Positions 39,623 through 53,200 of a DNA stretch of 64,000 nucleotides are shown in pieces. Position 1 is the first letter of the stretch. The number at the start of each line of letters is the position of its first letter. This DNA is from Ophelia neglecta (Eukaryota): positions 37,014,001 through 37,078,000 of the forward strand of contig OZ260667.1 of the NCBI GenBank assembly GCA_965285935.1, in the 5' to 3' direction. The notes under the pieces were generated by a model, which did not search any database, was not told the DNA's origin, and worked only from the letters and a program-made list of their open reading frames with translations. Both the position numbers and the translations under genes were made by a program.

Positions 39623-40954
39623 CTGCAGTAAGCATTCTTTGTCATGAAAGAAAAATGCTCTGATGGGAGCAATTTCTGCTCTGAAAAGGATGTGCACATT
39701 TATGCACCGAAGATAGCGCCATGCGGGGGAGGCGCCTTCCGAAGGAAGAAAGTAATGAAGGAATCCTGCCCTAAATTGTCATTTACCGGAAATGCAATCA
39801 AAATGAAGTATCTTCTGAAGGAAACCTTTTCAAAATGACTTGAACATTGAGGCCGCGACGTGGGGAAGTTTTTATTGCTACATACAAACCTTACCCACGG
39901 GCTGCAACGTTTGACTTCTTGGCCTTTAGATCAAAGGCATCGGAGTTCTTGGTTGTAACATACCACAATAGGAAGGCATGTAACATGCCTTGAATTTGCT
40001 GTTTTCAGCCGAATGGAACCACGTTTAAAAAATGTGATACATATAAGTATGATAGTGTGTTTCAGAACCAGTCTGCTCAATATGATTTGATTATTTATAA
40101 CGTAGTTCGATGAAACAGTTATGACAGGAACTCATTTTATTATACACAGGTCTCACATTCACTTGCCAATTCACACATTATGATCAATAGGACGTGTACA
40201 ATGTAAGTATGTGGTAAAAAAAGCCGTCTAGGGACAAGATAGTCCCATTCAAGAATATTACGGGATTACCCAAATTAATTCCACCAATGCATTTTAGATA
40301 CAAACCAGAACATACAATATTCACTCGGGGTATGCTAGAACAGGTAAATGCGTCTGATTATATCATTGAAAATCATAGCAACCCTTTCCTTTTTAAAAAA
40401 AATGAAAATAAGGAAAGGGTTCCTTTGTAATTCAATGATGTAATCAGACGCATTAACTTTTTTCTAAAGCAAGCCAGTTTGTTTTGTTGGCTGTGGTGTT
40501 TTGCAGACGGTTCTCTGTCATACATGTGCTTAGTGGTCCAGTGTGCTCTGAGGTCACTCGACAGCAGGCAATCTCGGCCCACAAATATCTATAAATATTG
40601 ATGATCTTAGCGCAGTCCATTAAAAAAAAAAAAATCTTTTTACGCGTCTCTTTCCCTAACCCAAACCTTACAGGCGCCTATACTATCTTAACAGCTCCAA
40701 CTCTGAGCCTCACCCCTCCCCTCATCAGATGGTAGTACTGTTGTCAATTGGAAGAGACCTAAAAGTTTTGATGGGAATTGTTTACAAAATCAGATTCAAA
40801 CGGTTGGTACAATAGCTTAAAGTGATACCAAGGGGCATGTTCAAAGGTTTTAGGAAAATAGGTAATTTGCTTACAATTGTTTTCCTTTGGATGCAAGAAA
40901 ATATTGTGTCATGTTCCCTATTATTATTTTTTACTTACAAAATCCAAATCAAAA

Positions 40955-42010
40955 GTGTATCCGCGTATGCCTGCTTGTCTCCAAGTTAGACTGAGTTTTA
41001 GTGTAACCAGTGTGTCTCTATGCCTGCATTTCTCCGGATGGGCCTTGCTATGTGTGTTTCAGTGTATGCCTGCTTGTCTCCAGACGGGTTTTGTTAGACT
41101 GTGTTTTAGTGTAACCCGTGTCTCTATGCCGTGTCTCTATGCCTGCATGTCTCCGGACTGGCCTTGTTATGTGTGTTTCAGTGTATGCCTGCTTGTCTCC
41201 AGACGGGTTTTGTTAGACTGTGTTTTAGTGTAACCCGTGTCTCTATGCCTGCATGTCTCCGGATGGGCCTTGTTATGTGTGTTTCAGTGTATGCCTGCTT
41301 GTCTCCAGACGGGTTTTGTTAGACTGTGTTTTAGTGTAACCCGTGTCTCTATGCCTGCATGTCTCCGGATGGGCCTTGTTATGTGTGTTTCAGTGTATGC
41401 CTGCTTGTCTCCAGACGGGTTTTGTTAGACTGTGTTTTAGTGTAACCCGTGTCTCTATGCCGTGTCTCTATGCCTGCATGACTCCGGACTGGCCTTGTTA
41501 TGTGTGTTTCAGTGTATGCCTGCTTGTCTCCAGACGGGTTTTGTTAGACTGTGTTTTAGTGTAACCCGTGTCTCTATGCCTGCATGTCTCCGGATGGGCC
41601 TTGTTATGTGTGTTTCAGTGTATGCCTGCTTGTCTCCAGACGGGTTTTGTTAGACTGTGTTTTAGTGTAACCCGTGTCTCTATGCCTGCATGTCTCCGGA
41701 TGGGCCTTGTTATGTGTGTTTCAGTGTATGCCTGCTTGTCTCCAGACGGGTTTTGTTAGACTGTGTTTTAGTGTAACCCGTGTCTCTATGCCTGCATGAC
41801 TCCGGACTGGCCTTGTTATGTGTGTTTCAGTGTATGCCTGCTTGTCTCCAGACGGGTTTTGTTAGACTGTGTTTTAGTGTACCCGCGTTTCTCTATGCCT
41901 GCATGTCTCCGGATGGGCCTTGTTATGTGTGTTTCAGCTTTTGTTAGACTGTGTTTCATTTCCTGCCTACGCGTCTCCGGACTGGCTTTATTAGAGTGTA
42001 TTTCAGCGTA
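40955..42010. repeat. 106-bp tandem satellite, about 9 copies, each a dimer of two ~50-bp subunits
   Basis: Units start at 41131, 41237, 41343, 41462, 41568, 41674 and 41780. The subunits begin TATGCCTGCATGTCTCCGGA and TATGCCTGCTTGTCTCCAGA. Confidence 0.96.
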
Positions 42011-42299
42011 CCCGTGCATGTTAAAATGTGTTTCAGTGTCTCTTTCATGTAACATATACACCCTATTTTTTTGCTGATGAGGAGCGTGCACTGCATCTAT
42101 AACAAATAACAAATATAAAGTTATACTAAAATGGTTTAAGAAAGATTTTCGAGTTTCCTTCAGTGGCAATGAAGGTTTAACTGGCCCTTTGCATACTAAA
42201 TATTATATTGCACTATCTAGGAGATATCGGCATAAATACTTTATTCCTTTTTAGAATGTAACGACCTTTAACATTCTCTTTGACCTTGTGTTCGTCGAG

Positions 42300-42581
42300 A
42301 CAAATTCGCCTGCATACTGCAGAATAAACTCTTTTAACAAGCTTATTTATATTTACATCCTAATTCATTGTATTCTTTTTCGTTATTCTCTTCTCTATTT
42401 GTCCATTATAATTATTATATTCCTGTTATAATCTATAAGCTTGGGAAAATAAGCGCATGCGCTTCTCCCTATTGTCATCCTATTTACATCAAATCATATT
42501 TATAATACTGTATCATATAATGCTGTATTATATGAGATGGACAATAAACAGTTATTCAATTCAATTCAATTAAAAAAAAAA
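42300..42581 (+). mobile_element. Probable 3' end of a CR1/L2-like LINE or LINE-tailed SINE
   Basis: T-rich UTR-like stretch with a stem-loop GGGA..AAGCGCATGCGCTT..TCCC (42443-42469), AATAAA at 42543, an (ATTCA)3 microsatellite tail, then an A run. Confidence 0.5.
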
Positions 42582-45500
42582 TGAATTGATGTTAGTGGGA
42601 TTGCAAGGGACTGTTCTTGATGGTTTCGGGCCGATTTAATTCACTAGTCTCTATTAATTACTATGTTTTTTCAGTCGGGTATCCACGCGCGTTTGTAAAC
42701 GTACACAAACACAATAGTGTACAAGTTAGGCGGCAAGCGCCCAATGGAAAGTCCCTTCCAAATAGCAAACTCGGGGTGATATCCAAATTGAGACGTTCAT
42801 TTTTGAGATTCCAATTTTGACAGGACTGTATCTAGTATCATTCTCACCTACCGTTCGCGTTCGACTAATTCATATTATGGTGGTATATTTTGTATATGCC
42901 ATGAAGACAGCCCCAAAGAATAGGGTATACCACTAGAATTGTAATTGTGCTTATGCGGGCACAGTGATTGTCATTTTCACGGGCATTGACTTTCACATGC
43001 AACTTTTGAATTGAGTGCAAATCAGCACGTCTTGCATCTATTTCGCGACAATTCATATCGCAATTGAAGAGTGAAGAAGAACAAAAAAACTTAAGTAAAA
43101 TAACGCGAAATACAAGACTATGTGAACATGAGACACGTTAGGTTATGTGCCTCACTGCTGGAAATGCTCAACGCATCGGTTACTCGGTCATAACGACACC
43201 AGTGGATATTTTAGTGCTCTGTTCAATGTTTTGAAGGTCAAACTGGAAAAAATCTGAAACTCAGGCACTGATGTATAAAAAGTCTTCATATCCAATAGCT
43301 GGGAGCATTTCTCTAATAATCTTTAGTATACGTTTAATAATAAACTTACATAACAGCAGTCCAGACTCTTTCATCAAGCCGGAGAACTACATGAAGGCCT
43401 TAACATATTTATTTTTGTATCTACATCATGGTCTTGTTAATTTTCGCGAGGTGCTCTAGAATGCGGATAAGGAGTATCAGCATTAACTAGGCGATTAAAG
43501 CCCGGGGATTAAACACGTCCACGTCCACTGTGATTGCTTCTAGACCAGCCTAATATCACCCTAAGTGATGCTTAGCGACACGTGTCTATTTCGACATAAA
43601 TTAATGCCTTGACACTATCCACTTCTCAATTGTTCCATAATGTTTCCCAAGCAATCCGATCAGCTATAGGCTGTGCTTTATTAGGAATGTACGACTGTTA
43701 GTTGAAAAAAGGGAGCGAACACGCGCCTCCTCTTACTGTACCTTCCTTTTTAAAGGCTAAAAGGGTCACACTCTATCCATTAAGTCCTATGAAGTAGGCC
43801 TACCGGTGCGACGTTAGGGAGAAACATTTTAAACATTATTGGAATCAATTGAATGTTGAAAAGAGACAATTATAACGATTAGAATTATTAGGCCGTTTCT
43901 CATAGAATACTTTGATCGCGGATGCGTACCCTTCTCGACCATTTGGGCACAAACTGAGACTCTCGATCCTTGGGGGTAATTATTCAAGAGTTTATATGGT
44001 CTTTTGCTCTCATGCAATTAAAAACAAATGGTGTAATATTCTGGTGAATGTGGTTAAACCTTCAAATCTTCTACTCCTTGTCACTTTTCTACCGATCATT
44101 AATTGGATATCTGTATTAATTAATGCTTGCAATAAAAAACAGCTTGTATGTGTAATTCTTTTCAATTAGGTCCGATATACCATATATTAGCCCTATCGTG
44201 ACTGCGAAGAAGTAGGGAACATGTTGTTACATTGAAGAACTCCATTACGCCAAAACATACAGAAGTTATGCTGTTAATTAAACACTGATTCTCTTTCCCT
44301 CAGTATTCGAATGTAACAGACGGCGGCTCACCTATATGTATATCCCATTGCATCGAGAAAATATTGAACAGAAACAGAAACACATGTAAACACACAATCA
44401 TTATGGGCTCAGCGAAACGAGTGTACCTCAATGAAACAAAATGTACCCCCCCCCCCCCATGCCCACCCGCTGATAATAAATACAGCATCAACGGTTAATG
44501 GGTAATTGGGACTAATACACAGATCTGTCTTAGTGTAATTCGCTTTGGCTTTACCGGGGAAAAAAACATCCATGTTATCAGCGGAGGCTAATTGACTTAG
44601 GCATATTAGCCAGTCTTCACGGCTTCAGTTGGTCATCGACAGCCGACAGATTTCATGACGGATTTACAAATTACTAAACTGACCCAGTTTCATCCTCCAT
44701 ACACCAGCCACGCTTTTATGAAATGAAGGATGCTTGAAGGAAGTTGTTTTCTTTTTTTCATCATAATCGATCAACGTATCACATTTCATAAAAGCGATGA
44801 ATGAGAAAGGCCTACATGTCCTATTAATGGCTTGCTAGTTCTTCGACGGCGTTCGCGTCTTGTGATGAGGGGATGCTGAGGTCGAGGTCGCACGCATCAT
44901 TCTGACCGAATCGGCTAAACAGTTTAATGCAGGCCTACGCCTTGTCGAAATTGGGTACAGAGTGGGAATGTTTTCTCATAAACGCAATCTGAGGCATAAA
45001 TTGAAATGTTTTCTCTCGGCATGCAATATGAAGCTTGAATGATACATCATCAGGCACATAATGGTGTCGGTTAATAGCGCCGCTTCACATTCAGTTGTGA
45101 CCTTTCGATCCTATAAGCCTGTTTTAGACCGTCGGCGATACCATGCTGAAAGCGATTTCATCACGTGTGAATCTCGTATCGACAAAAGTACCCTTCATCG
45201 TGTTCCTCTGTCGAAATTTTAACTATTCCTAGAATTCTACAATCCAAAGGCGTGGGAACTCTCCCGCGGAGAGCAACGAAAACATCCGACAGAAGATTCT
45301 AAGACAAATAACAATTTAGGAGCAGAGGTCATAAGGTCGGCCGATTGTAGAAAGAATAGCACACCGCTTCCTGTGCTCCAGGGAACAACGACTTGAAAGA
45401 CAATCTTCATTGAGGGAAGACGTGAAAAGCCGGTAAAACAAAAAAGGCATAGCTTGATTTTTTCTAATCTGCCATGCATGGCTCCGCTATGTTTTCAGCA

Positions 45501-47838
45501 TGTCCGATTGCTTGAAACAAATTGTAAGGGACACCTTTTCTCAGACTGATGCAGAAGTGGCACATTCCTCTGTCGGCAGGTGATCTATGCTGGGAGGTGG
45601 TAGAGAATACTAGGGCCTAGCTAGTACAGAGGGAGCCGGGATAGCTCCGTCCCAAGCTTTGTCCTAGCCAGATCAAGTCAATCTTACACTGGGAGTAACA
45701 TAACATTGCCAACCCGGGTCATCTGGAGTCACACCATTGCCTCACATCTTGTTCTCATCAGCGCAAATTTTAAATAAACCCCCAAATTCTTCAACATCTT
45801 CATCTGGCGAGACTCCAAGAACTGTAGAGGTAGTCGCTCTCTTCCTACTTCAGCTGACCCCATCTGATCTGATTGAAGAAAATCTATTAAACCTTTCTAA
45901 AAACAAACTATATCTTCCAGCAGTCCACGAAATAGATTATTTGTCGGATAGTATGACAACAAATAGGTTGTTTCTTGCAGAAGTTATCTTCCTTATTCCC
46001 ATGGAAACCGGCGAGACTTTCAAATTTTCACTCAGTAACTCTTCAACTAAGCAATGTATCAATAACTTTATATGTAGGCATGTCCATCCTATCATCGTTG
46101 CTGATTTGGCATCACGAAACGGAATTTTGTGGATCTGGAGTGTTCTGCAAAAAAATAAACAAAAAAAACCAAGAACCATCATGACAGTAAATGACAAAGT
46201 TAGTTCCAAATAAAATGACAGGGTTTATAAATAACATCAAATACTGTGCAGTGTTCTTTTTATTTACGTTGGTTTCCTTCTGCTGTCGGCCTAAAAACTC
46301 AGGGGTTGACTATGGTAACCCATACAAACTAACATCAGGCACATTAATATATCTAAGCCATTCAATCAAGCTTTGATGATTTTATATACATGTAGGCCAA
46401 ATACAGCACATATGAAATTATCAATGCCTGATTGAATGAGTATAAAGACAAGATAGGTAGATTACGTTAATGGGTGTAGATTAGCGAATATATCTGGCGC
46501 CTTGCAAACCTATCAAGATGGCGGAGCTACTTATAGAACAAATGACTATGGTACTGAGGTATTTCCCCGGCTTTCTAATCCATAAAGCAATGGCCCAATC
46601 ACCCGTGGCAAGTTCAATAGCTTTATCTTATTCATTGTTTTTGCTCGACACGTTTAGAATTCGAGACAACCCATCTGGATAGCTACACGTTCTGTTACAG
46701 GAAGAAGGGAATGAGCCAGTGTAAGCACACAAAGGAAGCGTCATGGCTGGGGTCTCTCCACTACCCAGGCTGCATTTCTGACAGCTCAAATTTATTTGCA
46801 ATCAAACGTCACTGGGAGGAATTTTAAGTCTGAATTTGGCCTGTATTATCTCAAACAAATACAGAACAAGTCACTCCTGGAAATGAATGAATAAAATAAA
46901 ACGCTAGATAAAATTCCAATGTTTGGCCTGTCCTACGTGACAGAGCAAATATTGCATCTCCGAGCCATTATAAGTGGCTTATAATTGCGCTGCCCCGGAG
47001 GCAAATCAAACTTGACAAAAGCAATAAGACGCCAACTTTTAACAATTTTGTTACATCTAATGCGGTCAAAAACATGATGGTGGACATCTATCATGCATTC
47101 CGTGACCGCATGGTTTGTATATCGGGATGCCGGTCTGACAGACAGCTAGGAGTGCGACGTCTTCAGCCATCGAGAGTCCGACTATACAGGGGACACGCAT
47201 TGGCCTTCGGGGCAAAACACCCTTTGCCGGTTTTCACGGGTCGAGCGCTCGGGAATTACTGATTCCATAAGGTCTAGTACATATATCACAGGAGGTAGAC
47301 ATTTCGATTGGCATGCTTTAAACAATTTACCTTGACCCATGAACGTGATAGATAATACAGCTCTACTCCAGGCAACGTATTAAAATGAAATTAAAGCTTT
47401 ATGTTTCTACTTAATATCAATATTAATGTATATTGAACTCATGGAGCGAGCTGCATTTACGGTGGCGTCCCGGCCAAATACAAGGCCAATGTTTCAGTTC
47501 AAGAAAGTGAAGAATCTAGGTGAACTGTGTTTACACAAATAGCTCAGTGTTCCCTCCGTTGTTGATTTGAGAATCCGGAATATAGCACAACGCACGAAAA
47601 GTTAATTTACGACTCCGTCTACGTAATAATATTACGTAGATAGCCAGTATACCTTTATAGTCCCGGCCCGTTATGGACACTTTTTTTCTATAATCTGAAA
47701 CACTATAGAGCAGTGTGTCTAATCGGCATAATTAACATTTAGGCATGTCCGTCTGTCTGACCGGATGTGGCATGCAGGAGGACTTTTCTTACCCATTTAC
47801 TAACGTTAGTTATGATATAGGCGCAGGTTAGAAGACTA

Positions 47839-48024
47839 CAGTGGAAACTGTGTTTATGGCCACCTGTGTAATAAGACCACCTGCCCACTAAGGTCACTAA
47901 ACAATAGTCCAATCCCCATTTATGCCTGTGTTAATTAACTGACCTGCCTATTAAGGTCACCTACATAATGTGGTCAGTTTTTCCAGTCCCTTAATTGACT
48001 GACCTGATTAGACTGGTTCCACTG
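47839..48024. mobile_element. 186-bp MITE with TA target-site duplication (Tc1/mariner-pogo type ends)
   Basis: TA|CAGTGGAAAC ... GGTTCCACTG|TA terminal inverted repeats. Internal repeated CCACCTG/AAGGTCAC motifs and no ORF. Confidence 0.75.
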
Positions 48025-50201
48025 TATAACTCATTGTATTAATGACACTGCCTGCAGTTAACTTCAATGCTAGAAACTGATGACGAAACGACTGGAAACA
48101 GTCATACAGACTTCTGCAGGATGTTATTTAAGGTGTTTTAAGTGGGGTCTACTAAGCAGATTTTGAAAAATTAGAAACAAATACAGTACGTCGCACTTCA
48201 CAAGATGTCATAGAAATAGGGCCCGAATACGTACAAAGAAACATATAAAACAAAACCGTGTATTTGGAACCGATCGCGTGCATAGGCTAACAGTATAGAA
48301 CTAACAGCGAAATGAAAACGGATGTGATAATGCGATGTTTTGTCTGCAAAGCAGTTGAGCAGGGCAAAAGGATTTAATTGAGTGAATGTGCAAATCAAAT
48401 GTATAGGCCCAACGTTCCTATTTTGTGGTGGTCAACTGAATGTTTATGCAGGTTGTTTAAACCTTGCTAGAGACAGGAGACCAGCTGCATACCGTAACAT
48501 GAACTCCATGTACATAAACGAAAAAAATCTGGTCCCTGCAATTAACATTCTCTTTTTTGTCGGTCTGATTTCGAGTCAGAGAAAAGAGCCTGAAATGTGA
48601 GCGTTTTCAATTAGACTGTGGGCAACAGCAGGATAGACTGTAAAAGCAATTTTCCGACATCTGAAAGAAATGCGTACGGTCTGTTCTCAGGCTTTCGTCC
48701 GTCTGGTCAGCAGACTACTTTGGGGTTCAGTTGCGAGCAGTTGGCACGCCGTTAAGTACAAAAACCTTTAAAAACTAACACGCACTTAAAATGTCGATCG
48801 CGACGGAGCCTTTTTTCCACATTGCTTCTGCTTGATAAAAGACTGGCTTCATTGAGTTCATAAAGAGTCACATGTCGGACCTATGTCTGAGCCAAGCGTC
48901 GCTGTTATGGATGAACGAATATGCCACGTTGATGAAAATATATATCAGTCTATACCACTTTATTAGTATCATGTCTTTATTTAAGAGAGTCCCTATAGTT
49001 ATTAGTATCGACCTTCATAACAAAATTGCCCGTCTTAGCCAAAACACCCTGCTCATCCACGAAGAAAATAGAAAGCACAGAAACTGAGCAATGGACAATG
49101 TGTGTGACCCGGGGTGTGTGATTTAGCGATTTAACTCGGGGCAATTTGGAAATGTTGGCTTATAGGTACAAAAAGGTGACCAGCGATGAGCGAAGCTGTT
49201 CTCTGAGGAGGGATTTTATTTGGTGTAAACTGACAATTATACTAAGCAGTCAAAGACGGTCGACTCTTTGGTGGTGTTCTCGGAGTGACCGCTCGGACAG
49301 GCCCGCAACACATGACATGAGAATTACCAGAGAAATCGGAACTACTTTCAGATCTCGCCAGTCTAAATATTTGCCTACGTATGCAACTTAAAGAATTAGA
49401 AGAATGTTATATTAAGCCGGGCTACCTGTCCGTCCTCATCAGCCCGACACGTTAACAAGGTTGTCACGTTCCCTTTCCGATTTGTTTGACATGGCTCGTG
49501 AGAGTTCCTCCAATATCAATTAAATGATCTAAAACTTTGGTGGCTGAGCGATGCCAAGCAGCCAACAGTTTAGGAAACCAACACACCCTTCTCCGTGATT
49601 GAAATGTACGATGGCGGCTAGCTACTGGAAATGTGTCAGCATTTCAGATCAATTAAAGTGAAAATTGATCGCAAAATAGATCAATGGCAGCAGTTAGTTA
49701 GTTTATCTAGGAGCGCTCATATCACGATTCTAACATTAAGCAGGTGACGGTGTTACATTTCCAGAACAAATGGCGCTGTATTACAACTTAAATCTAACAA
49801 TAAAAATGGGTTTTAACAAGGAATGCAGGAAGCTTTCTTACTCAAATAAATTGTAAATGGCATAGGCCACATTGGGCCATGCCCAATAGACAATTGATTT
49901 TGGATGAAGTTGGCATATCAGCAGCATATGGTCTATTATTTTTCAATCACCCCCGTCTTAATCCATCTCACTCAATGTAGATGGTGATGCGGATCCAATA
50001 TCCTTTGTACATGCAGTTCTCCGAGGTTTTCTCGAGCTGGGCTAATTAGCAGATGCTAAGTGTTCTGTTAATGTTGATATATCATCAATTGTTTCCCTGA
50101 ATATAGGAACATCTTTCTTGTAGCTCCATGTAGGAGACATCCAGCGTGGGAAGGCCCAGTGGCAGTCTGCCCGAGCCTAGGGGATGTCAGCAATCCGTCA
50201 G

Positions 50202-50220
50202 CAGCCGCCAGGGGGAGCGG
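50202..50220 (+). promoter_or_regulatory. CTCF-like motif CAGCCGCCAGGGGGAGCGG
   Basis: Near-consensus match to CCRCCAGGGGGCGC. Confidence 0.5.
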
Positions 50221-53200
50221 GTGCTATTGTTGAAAGCCCTTCCTAGAATCTCCTAGAAGTATGCTGCACCAAATACCCCAGGTATGCAAATGAGCTGATT
50301 TTGATATGTTACATATAACCTAAACAAATAGAATAACAGGGGATCTTTATTATATCACAAGGGCCAACACGACTCTTAAAATTCTAACAATAGAACCATT
50401 AAGACTAGAGAGCAGTACAAAGGCAGGCCCGTCTATAAGTAGATATAGCTAGAGGCTCTTGAGCAGAGCTTTACTTATGGTACTCCTCTATGCAGACAAC
50501 AACTACAAGACGATGACCTGCTTCTGTAATCTGTTTAAACCACAATGCCTGATATTGCCCCATCAAAGGGATGCATTACAAAGCACAGCATGCTGATATC
50601 AACCATTAGGTTTTCTCAGAAAATACCAAGGGCGAGCTGAAGAAATCATATAAGATACCAGCGATATGATTCTTCAAAAATATTAGCTTGACATTCAGCC
50701 TTTCTTACTGGCTTTGATTAGATACGTGTTTTTCAATAGGCAATGCGTCCTAAACAGTTTGATCCTGAGGGGGGTGGGGGTAGGGGGCTTGGGAGGCAAT
50801 GCAATTCATTTTTTGCCCTTTTGATATAATTATTCTTATTTCATGGTACCATTATGACAATGGAACTACATGGATCTCCTTCTACAGTAGTGAAAGATTT
50901 GATAATAAGATAATAAGAACATCTGATCGATTATGTTCTACACCCAGTTTGCTTTCAATAATGGAATTGCCTGCCTTTGTTGAGTTTTTTTTCTCCATCT
51001 GTGATTCTGATAGCCATGCATTTGTCTTGTATTGCAAGAAATTTATTGACAAATCCGAGTCAATAGAAAACCATTACTTGGTATTTCTTTTTGACAAATA
51101 ACCACTTTCACCAAAAAAATGGATCTTTTCTTGCTTTATTCTGATATGTATGAAAACACTACTTGGTAGGTCTTAAACTATGCTCATCTGGGCATTTAGG
51201 AAATCTGGTCGTGGAAACCTGCTGATCCTATAAGAGAGGTTTGGAAAAAGTTTGGAATCATCAATTGAAAAACATTAAGGAGAAAGAGAGTGATGAAAAA
51301 GAGATAAGCTGAAGGAAACATAAATACAGGCTGGTGTGAAAAACCTGTCTTATAGCTGGCATCAATATCCAGTCTGGATGCAACAGATCCAACAGATTTG
51401 TGTTCCATGAGTAAAAAAAAGAAACTTTGTACAATACAATCCATCATGAACATTTTTAATGCTGATACCATCGGTGAAACCGAAGATTGATAATTCCCGC
51501 AATAAAACATCAATAATCAGCCCATCAAATGTTTTATTGAATGACATCGCTCAGTGTCAGTCAGCACTCAGCCTGTACATACTGATGACCAGGCCTGCTC
51601 CAGTCTTCTGCTATCCTCTGCCGTCTTATTGACGTCTGACGTTATGCAGTGGGCTGAGATGAAGGAAGACTCTGGTTTGTGTGGGGACAAACCAGCTCAG
51701 TTTAGTTCAGAATCACAAACTAGGACTTGTGTGATACATGTACACACAAACAAACCAGCACTAGACACCAGTCATTTATACTAATAATAGCTGGCATGCA
51801 GTGCCAGTATCAGAAACATCAATCATACAAATGTTATATGATATGCTAATAAAAATGAAAAATCTATCCTGTGCTATTATATGCTTAAAACTGATATTTA
51901 AAAATAATGGGGAGAAACACTTACATATTTTGCACAATGTTGGCAGAGAATTTCTTTCATGGAGTATGTAGTTTTACATACGCTCAAAGAGGAATTTTTT
52001 CTGAAAAATGAAAATATCAAAAAGTTTTCTTATTGCTGATGGGTGCTTGACCTTTCTTAACCTGGTAGAGATTGAGAAGCATTTCTTTCAAGCAAGAAAT
52101 TTGATGACAGATTTCTCCAACTTACTCACGGACTGCCATGTTGGTAAGTTTTGAACCTGAATGCTGGTCGCTAACCCCACTCATGTATTTTGGGCCTAAT
52201 TCTTGTCTGTCGGCAGCAAGATTATTTATGTTGCATTATTTTAGTAGGGTGGCAAAAATATATTGGAAAAATACACCAAAATAAAGCATTTAACAGTAAG
52301 AACATTCCTCGTATATATTTACCTAAATACCTGCGGCTGTTCTATTTCTTTATAATCCATAGTCATGCAGAAATTTGACTTGCAATTGCATAATTTTTCC
52401 CTTTCTATTCACCAATGTATTGATATACAAGTAGGACCTAATTGATTCAAGGATGTACATCATATCTGATTGGGAATGTGTGCTACAGTTAGGTTTTATT
52501 AAGCTTGAGTTTGGCAGTGGAACAAAACGATGGTGGTGATAAGTGATATGAAGGGTTAAGTGACAGATTTAAGCTACAGTTTATGTCAAGCCCACAAAAC
52601 CAGCCTAGCTTAAGCATACGAGTAAACAATAACAAAATACCCAGAGTCAAAGATCTGATTTCAAATGATTTATTTTTAGTCTTGCCACTTGACTTTTTCT
52701 TACAACCCTTACAAACCTCCACGGCCAGATTTGCGTTTGAAAGTCTTGTGGTTTAGGGGAGATATTGTTCTTTATCAGGCAGCAGCCAGATGGCCAAGGT
52801 CATGCTGAAGGTGACTCATAGGATTGTTGAAGAGACACCAGCTTAATACACTTTGCAAGGTTTCAAAACATACTTTAGATGTGCTCAGACTTATCTGTCA
52901 AGTAATGCAATTCTCAGCACCCTGTTTTATATCCATCTCAACCCTATCTACAGCTGAATGTTTGTACATGTTGAAATCAGTCTGTACATTATGTTATCCC
53001 CTTCCTAGAAGTAATCAGTTTGTTTTATTCTGTTTCGGGGCCCCCATCAAGTGCCATGTGATCCTGCAGTGTGAGTATGAAGGCAACCCTTCAATCAGCT
53101 GTTTGGCAGCAGATGATTTAGCTTTGGGAGACACTATTGGCATGATAGGAGGAGGTTTATCCTGACTGCACACAGCAGACTGGACTTCACCCTCAGACAC

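Noticed and set aside
40877-42169. Cys-rich repeated ORFs
   Set aside because: Translations of the TG-rich 106-bp satellite; the frame shifts every unit.
45737-46213. 158-aa plus-strand ORF
   Set aside because: Non-ATG start, no recognisable domain, and it runs through A-tracts.
48077-48105. CTGATGA-CGAAAC-GACTG-GAAA-CAGTC as a minimal hammerhead ribozyme
   Set aside because: A GNRA hairpin is present, but neither parse gives a stem II and the flanks cannot form stem I.
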